This document shows positions 58,950 through 64,000 of a DNA stretch of 64,000 nt, piece by piece. The first letter of the stretch is position 1. Each line of letters starts with the position of its first letter. The notes below the pieces were generated by a model. That model made no database searches, had not been told where the DNA came from, and saw only the letters and a program-made list of their open reading frames with translations. This stretch comes from Gemmatimonadaceae bacterium (GTDB taxonomy: Bacteria > Gemmatimonadota > Gemmatimonadetes > Gemmatimonadales > Gemmatimonadaceae), in contig DATEDF010000124.1 in assembly GCA_035286465.1 (NCBI GenBank), forward strand, positions 3,242-67,241, written 5' to 3'. Made by a program: the position numbers and the translations under genes.

Positions 58950-60500
58950 TCACGCCCGCTCGATTCCCGCCCTGCCCCGCCGCACCACCCACGCGCTCGC
59001 CGTCTCCACCGGCGCACCCGGCCGCGAGACGAACGGCACCGTCCGGTAGTCCGCGCGCCACTCGTCGGGCGTCACCGCGCACGTCACGTAGCCCCGCCGC
59101 GCGTTCTGCCACTTGAGGTGCGGGTTCTCCGGCATCGTGCGCTCGTTCACGTTCTGCGAGCGGTCCGCGCCGTCGCCTCCGGACGAGATGCTCGTCCCCA
59201 CGAACTCGGCGGCGACCGCCGGCGCGCCGGGCCGCGTGAACCCGGCACGCAGCTCGTTCACCCAGTTGGAGTGGATGTCGCCGCTGAGCACGACGGTCCG
59301 GTTGGGCGCGCGCTGCGCGATCGCGCCCAGGAGCCGGTCGCGCGCCACGGGGTAGCCGCCCCACGCGTCCATGTGGCTCCGCACCTGCTCGCCCGGCGTG
59401 TCGTCGAACGGGGCCATCATCACCTGTTGCGCGATCACCTGCCACCGCGCCCTGCTCGTGGCGAGGCCGTCCACCAGCCACTGCTCCTGCGCGTCGCCCA
59501 GCAGCGTGCGCGTGGGGTCGCCCCAGGTGCCGCAGGGCACCACGCGGGTGCCGTCGCCGCACGCCTGATCGCTCCGGTACTGGCGCGTGTCGAGCACCCA
59601 GAACCGCGCGAGCGCCCCCCAGTCGAGCGCGCGCGTGATGTTGAGATCGGCCCACGACCGCGCGCGCGGCACGCGCACCGGCTGGTGCTCCCACCACGCC
59701 TGGTACGCCGCGGCGCGGCGCGCGCGCATCTGCTCTTCCGACTCGAACTCGTTCTCGCCGACGAGCCCGGCGTAGTTGTTGTCCACCTCGTGGTCGTCCC
59801 ACGTGAGGATCCACGGGCACTTCGCGTGCGCCGCGCGGAGGAGCGCGTCGGTCTTGTACTGCGCATACCGGATGCGGTAGTCGGCCAGCGCGATGCACTC
59901 CGGGTTGGCGTGGCGGCGGACGCGCCCGTCAATCGCCGCGTATTCATAGATGTAGTCGCCGAGGTGCGCGACGAGGTCCAGCTCCTCCGCGGCGAGGTGC
60001 TGGAACGCGGTGTAGAGCCCCTGCTCCCAGTGCTGGCAGCTCACGAAGGCGAAGCGGAGCGGTTGCGTCGCGCCCTCGGCGGGCGCGGTGCGTGTGCGGG
60101 CCACCGCGCTCACCGCGCCTCCGGCCGTGAACCGGTAGAAGAACCAGCGGTCCGGCGGGAGCCCCTGCACGTCCGCGTGGATGCTGTGTCCCAGCTCCGG
60201 CGCCGCCGTGGCGCGGCCGCGCTGCACGACCTTCGCGAACCCCTCGTCCTCGGCGACCTCCCACGTGACGACCACGCGGTCGCCACTCATCCCGCCGTCG
60301 GGCTCGAGCGGCTTCGGCGCGAGCCGGGTCCAGAGCATCACGCCGGTGGGCGTGGGATCTCCGGAAGCGACGCCGAGCGTGAACGGGTCGTCGGCCAGGA
60401 GCGGGTGATGCCGCACGCGCCACTCGTTGGGGACGGCGGCACAGAGCGCGGCGTAGCGGGCGAGGTCGGCGACGTCGGCGACGAAATGGCGGCGATCCAT
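58950..60500 (-). CDS. phoD: Alkaline phosphatase D (PhoD-like phosphodiesterase/phosphatase)
   Basis: Track ORF 516 aa. GVASGDPTPTGVMLWTR, FVSCQHWEQG, HLGDYIYEY, TWDDHEVDNN. The N-terminal RRHF is only a degenerate twin-arginine motif. Confidence 0.9.
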   Translation of the reverse strand: MDRRHFVADVADLARYAALCAAVPNEWRVRHHPLLADDPFTLGVASGDPTPTGVMLWTRLAPKPLEPDGGMSGDRVVVTWEVAEDEGFAKVVQRGRATAAPELGHSIHADVQGLPPDRWFFYRFTAGGAVSAVARTRTAPAEGATQPLRFAFVSCQHWEQGLYTAFQHLAAEELDLVAHLGDYIYEYAAIDGRVRRHANPECIALADYRIRYAQYKTDALLRAAHAKCPWILTWDDHEVDNNYAGLVGENEFESEEQMRARRAAAYQAWWEHQPVRVPRARSWADLNITRALDWGALARFWVLDTRQYRSDQACGDGTRVVPCGTWGDPTRTLLGDAQEQWLVDGLATSRARWQVIAQQVMMAPFDDTPGEQVRSHMDAWGGYPVARDRLLGAIAQRAPNRTVVLSGDIHSNWVNELRAGFTRPGAPAVAAEFVGTSISSGGDGADRSQNVNERTMPENPHLKWQNARRGYVTCAVTPDEWRADYRTVPFVSRPGAPVETASAWVVRRGRAGIERA

Positions 60501-60567
60501 GGGTAGGTGCGGACGAGGGTTGCTCTAACGTACACGCGCGGCGCCGCGTCGCACCGTCACGAGTCGG

Positions 60568-62379
60568 TCACATCGGGTCCCGTCGGAACGGCGCGCGCGC
60601 CCAGACCACCTTCCCGCCCAGAATGGTCAGCACGGCCTGCACGTCCTTGATGCGCGCCGGCGTAATCCGGAAGAGATCCTCGGAGAGCACGGTGACGTCG
60701 GCCAGCATGCCCGGCGCGAGCTTCCCCTTGATCCGCTCCTCGCCCGCGGCCCAGGCGGTGTTCACGGTGTACGACCGGAGCGACGTCTCCACGTCGAGCC
60801 GTTCCTCCGGGAACCAGCCGCCCGCCGGCTTGCCGTCGAGCGTCTGCCGCGTGACGGCCGCGTAGATGATCTTCATCGGGTCGGCCGTGTACCAGCTCGC
60901 GTTCGTGCCGGGCCAGTCCGAGCCGAAGAGGAGCGGCACGCCCGCCTTCCGGAACGTGTTGAACGCGTACGCCCAGCGCGAGCGCGTGCCGATCCGCTCT
61001 TCCATCCACCGCATGTCGTCTATCGCGTGGTACGGCTGCACCTCCGCGATCACGCCGAGCCGCGCGTAGCGGCGCGCGACGGTCGAGTCGCGGATCACCT
61101 GCGAGTGAATGATCCGCCAGCGCCGCTCCGTCGGGCCGTTGACGGTCATCACCTTCTCGAAGAGCGTGAGCAGCGTGTCTATCGCCTCGTCGCCGATGGC
61201 GTGCACGTGGGCCCAGTAGCCGGAGGAGTCGAGGCCGAAGAGGAGGCGCTCCATGTTCCCCGGCGGCATCATCCCCGAGCCAGGGCCCGAGGTCGCCCCG
61301 GTGTTCGTCGAATCGCGCCACTCGCCGCGCCGCCCCGAATGCAGTTGCGGCTCGTAGAACCGTGCGGTCGAGTTGCCCTGGATGCCGTCCACGAAGCCCT
61401 TGAGTCCGCCGATCCTGAGCAGCTCGTCGCCGAACCCCATCGGCACGCCCGCCATCCGGAGATCGTCGTACTTGTCGAGCGTGGGGCGCGCGTAGACGCG
61501 CAGGGTGAGCTCGCCCCGTGCCTTGAGCGCGTGGTAGACCTGGAGCTGCTCCGGCGGGGTGATGTCGTGAATCCCGGTCACGCCCAGCTCGGCGAGGTGC
61601 GTGAGCGCCGTGCGACTCTCGCGGAGCCGCTGCTCAAACGACTTGGGGGGGATCGCCGCGCGCACGCGGCGAAGCGCCTCGCCCGTCACGCGCCCGGTCG
61701 CCGCGCCGCCCTCGCACTCCAGCCCCTGCACGGGCGCGGCGCAGGAGAGCGCGGCGAGCACGAGCGCCCGGCCGTTGGCGAGGTACGCGCTCCGGTCGAA
61801 GCGGTTGATCAGGATGGGCGTGACCGGGGTGATGGAGTCGAGCATCGCGCGGTGCGGACTGAAGCGCGCGCGGGACGGTGCGGCACCGCCCGCCGCGCCG
61901 CGCCCCGCTGCGCCGCGCCCCGCCGCGCCCGCTGCGCCCGTCGCGCCCGGCGAGTTCGCCGACCATTCCTCGTATGCCCCCCAGTCGCCCCCCGTGATCC
62001 AGGCACCGACCGGAAGCCGGTCGCGCGCCTCGCGAAGGCGCTGCACGAGCGTCGCGGCGTCGCTCACGTCGAGCAGGTTCGCGCCGAGGAGGAGCGCGCC
62101 GGCACTCGCGAAGTGCGTGTGGTCGTCAATGAAGCCGGGCGTCGCGAAGCGCCCGCCCAGGTCAATCACGCGCGTGGCCGGCGTCCGGTGTCGCTCCATC
62201 TCGGCGCTCGTGCCCACGGTGATGATCCGGTCGTTGCGGACCGCGAGCGCTTCCGCCCACGGCCGCGCGGAATCACCGGTCCAGAGGCGGCCGTTCCGGA
62301 GAATGAGATCGGCGGGCTGCGCAGCGAGCGCGAGCGGAAGGCCGCACGCCGCGAAGGCGATCAGGACGCGTCGGATCAT
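60568..62379 (-). CDS. Secreted amidohydrolase-3 (YtcJ-like) metallo-hydrolase
   Basis: Track ORF 60568..62421. ATG 62379 (MIRRVLIAFAACGLPLALAAQ). TPGFIDDHTHF, HAIGDEAID, GSDWP. Contains a Gly/Ala/Arg tandem insert. Confidence 0.85.
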   Translation of the reverse strand: MIRRVLIAFAACGLPLALAAQPADLILRNGRLWTGDSARPWAEALAVRNDRIITVGTSAEMERHRTPATRVIDLGGRFATPGFIDDHTHFASAGALLLGANLLDVSDAATLVQRLREARDRLPVGAWITGGDWGAYEEWSANSPGATGAAGAAGRGAAGRGAAGGAAPSRARFSPHRAMLDSITPVTPILINRFDRSAYLANGRALVLAALSCAAPVQGLECEGGAATGRVTGEALRRVRAAIPPKSFEQRLRESRTALTHLAELGVTGIHDITPPEQLQVYHALKARGELTLRVYARPTLDKYDDLRMAGVPMGFGDELLRIGGLKGFVDGIQGNSTARFYEPQLHSGRRGEWRDSTNTGATSGPGSGMMPPGNMERLLFGLDSSGYWAHVHAIGDEAIDTLLTLFEKVMTVNGPTERRWRIIHSQVIRDSTVARRYARLGVIAEVQPYHAIDDMRWMEERIGTRSRWAYAFNTFRKAGVPLLFGSDWPGTNASWYTADPMKIIYAAVTRQTLDGKPAGGWFPEERLDVETSLRSYTVNTAWAAGEERIKGKLAPGMLADVTVLSEDLFRITPARIKDVQAVLTILGGKVVWARAPFRRDPM

Positions 62380-62438
62380 CGGGCGCTCGCGTGGAGGAGA
62401 AACCGCCGGAGGGCACGCCATGCTGGACGGGGCCGCGC

Positions 62439-64000
62439 TTACGGCACCACCGTCCGCGGCGGACGCGCCGGCCGCGTGCCATTCATGCGCGGCCGTGGCC
62501 CGTTCGCCACTTCGACCGTGAGTTCCCGGACGTAGTCCGTGACCTTCGCATAGTGCGGGTAGTCAATGAACTCCGGCTCGTCGGTGCGCTGGTGATAATC
62601 ACCGTGCAGCCCGGTGAAGAAGAACGCGATCGGAATGCCCGCCAGTGCGTAGTTGTAGTGATCGCTCCGGCCGTAGATGTTGTTGTAGCCGGACCAGGCG
62701 ATCGTCGAGTCGAACTTGTAGTCGAGCGCGAGCGGCGTCGCCCGCTTCTGGTTCACCGCGGTGACCATCTCGCCCAGGTCCCGGGAGTCGAACGACGAGC
62801 CCACGACTCCGAGGTAGTCGGGCCCGCCTCCCGGCAGGTCTTCGGCGCGGCCGCGGCCGATCATGTCCATGTTGATCTGCGCCACCACCGAGTCAATCGG
62901 CACGGTGGGATTGCGCACGAAGAACGCGGAGCCGACGAGCCCGCCCTCCTCGCCGGTGTGCCACACGAAGAGCGTGGAACGCTTCGGCTTCACCCGCATC
63001 GCCTGGATCGCCTCGGCGATCTCGAGCATCGCCATCGAGCCCGAGCCGTCGTCGTCGGCGCCGTTGTTGATCGAGTCGAGCCGCGGCCGCGGAACCAGCT
63101 TCCTGATGCTGTCCATGTTCACGCGGATCGTCGCGAGCTGTTCGGGCGTGAGCTGGATCATGTTGTTCGCGAGCAGCATCCGGTTCCGCGCGTTGTTGAA
63201 CGCCTTGAGCGAGTCCCGGTCCACGGGCGTGTTGAACCCCACGTGATCGTTGTGCGAGCCGATCGCCACGTATTGGTGCTTGAGCACCGGATCGCTGCCC
63301 GGGATGATCCCGACGACGTTACGCGCGAACTCGCTCGGCAGCTCGACGTAGTCGAGCGACGCCGTCACGGTGCCGCCCCTCGTGCCGGCGGTGAGCCCGT
63401 CCACCGCGCGGCCGCCGAAGAGCCGTGAGGCCGCGGCCCGCGTCAGGCGAATGACCGCCTGCGGCGCCAGCGCGTCCACCTGCGCCCGGGCGAGCGCGAG
63501 CGAGTCCACCGGCGCCGGCGCGGCGGCTCCGCGGCCGCCGGCGCCGCGGCCCCCACGCCCGCCGCCGCTCTGCGTCGCCACGGTCGGTGTGTTGAGCGCC
63601 ACGCGCTGTGCCGGCGACAACGCATCGAGGTCCATCGTCGCGATGGCGACCGCCTCGGCGAAGCGCGCGGGACCCGCCGGGAACCCGCCCCGCCCGCGCC
63701 CGCCGCCGGCCGCGCCGCGACCCGCGGGCTGCGGTGGCGCGGGAAAGAGCACCACGAACTTCCCGGCCGCCTGCGCGGCGGTGATCTGGGTCGTCGTGTC
63801 GCCCGCGGTGCCGCCGAGAATCACCTCGGCGTCGCTGATGGGCCGGGGCGCGCGCGTGCCCGGCACGGCCACCCACTCCTCGTTCCACGCGAGCGGACTG
63901 CCGCTGGCCGTCAGGCGTGAGTGGTTCGTGAACTGGCGCAGGTGATATGGCAGCACCTGGAACCAGGTACCGTTGTGGCCGGCGGGCTGCACGCCGAGCC
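62439..64000 (-). CDS. M28-family aminopeptidase with PA-like insert. 5' end lies beyond the right edge.
   Basis: Track ORF 62439..63992 begins at an internal GTG. The frame stays open to the window edge and no signal peptide is seen. Motifs: IGSHNDHVG, GADDDGSGS, HTGEEGGLVGS, SDHYNYA, HGDYHQ. Confidence 0.8.
   Translation of the reverse strand, partial: LGVQPAGHNGTWFQVLPYHLRQFTNHSRLTASGSPLAWNEEWVAVPGTRAPRPISDAEVILGGTAGDTTTQITAAQAAGKFVVLFPAPPQPAGRGAAGGGRGRGGFPAGPARFAEAVAIATMDLDALSPAQRVALNTPTVATQSGGGRGGRGAGGRGAAAPAPVDSLALARAQVDALAPQAVIRLTRAAASRLFGGRAVDGLTAGTRGGTVTASLDYVELPSEFARNVVGIIPGSDPVLKHQYVAIGSHNDHVGFNTPVDRDSLKAFNNARNRMLLANNMIQLTPEQLATIRVNMDSIRKLVPRPRLDSINNGADDDGSGSMAMLEIAEAIQAMRVKPKRSTLFVWHTGEEGGLVGSAFFVRNPTVPIDSVVAQINMDMIGRGRAEDLPGGGPDYLGVVGSSFDSRDLGEMVTAVNQKRATPLALDYKFDSTIAWSGYNNIYGRSDHYNYALAGIPIAFFFTGLHGDYHQRTDEPEFIDYPHYAKVTDYVRELTVEVANGPRPRMNGTRPARPPRTVVP

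Noticed and set aside
58950-60500. PhoD lacking a functional Tat signal, as a sign of a cytoplasmic or pseudogenised enzyme
   Set aside because: An RRHF motif is present at residues 3-6. The following segment is unusually charged, but the frame is intact and all catalytic motifs are present. Start-codon choice or an atypical Tat signal is the simpler explanation. This cannot be resolved by eye.
1-64000. Search for tRNA, rRNA, transposase/integrase, reverse transcriptase and phage structural genes
   Set aside because: I saw no T-loop GGTTCGAATCC-type or rRNA-like sequences. None of the supported ORFs carries DDE, tyrosine- or serine-recombinase, or reverse-transcriptase motifs. The window appears to be core chromosome, apart from the small toxin-antitoxin cassette.

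Overview
High-GC (about 70%) bacterial chromosomal window. Gene content suggests a Gemmatimonadota-like organism: sortilin/VPS10-type BNR proteins, a CarboxypepD_reg protein, ribosomal protein Thx and a Bat/MoxR operon. This assignment is inference only. I support about 50 CDS, mostly on the minus strand. Many are chained by 4-nt ATGA/GTGA stop/start overlaps. No rRNA, tRNA, CRISPR array, transposase or integrase was seen. Most long ORFs in the six-frame track are stop-free antisense or out-of-frame artefacts of the GC content. Main blocks, left to right: (1) a MoxR/DUF4159/vWA Bat-like operon with two peptidase-like genes; (2) a respiratory island with a SCO1, CuA subunit II and B-family-like heme-copper oxidase I operon, divergent from a cytochrome b-ferredoxin-MvhD fusion gene, an unknown gene and heme A synthase; (3) secreted hydrolases; (4) an AbrB-type antitoxin/Doc toxin pair; (5) a tandemly duplicated lipoprotein unit carrying a decayed gene fragment; (6) archease-RtcB; (7) a coupled patatin plus membrane-split alpha/beta-hydrolase pair; (8) a MatB-like ligase plus anion permease; (9) a glgP-glgA-3xGH57 glycogen cluster; (10) Thx, PhoD, amidohydrolase and M28 peptidase. 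Three candidates for undescribed biology stand out. First, the patatin / split-hydrolase pair at 37506-42778. Second, the cytochrome b-2x[4Fe-4S]-MvhD fusion operon at 11970-15375. Third, the adjacent heme-copper oxidase at 9361-11112, whose active-site Tyr position is Gln, which suggests a possible NO-reductase-type enzyme. All functional calls rest on motif recognition by eye. No database search was run.
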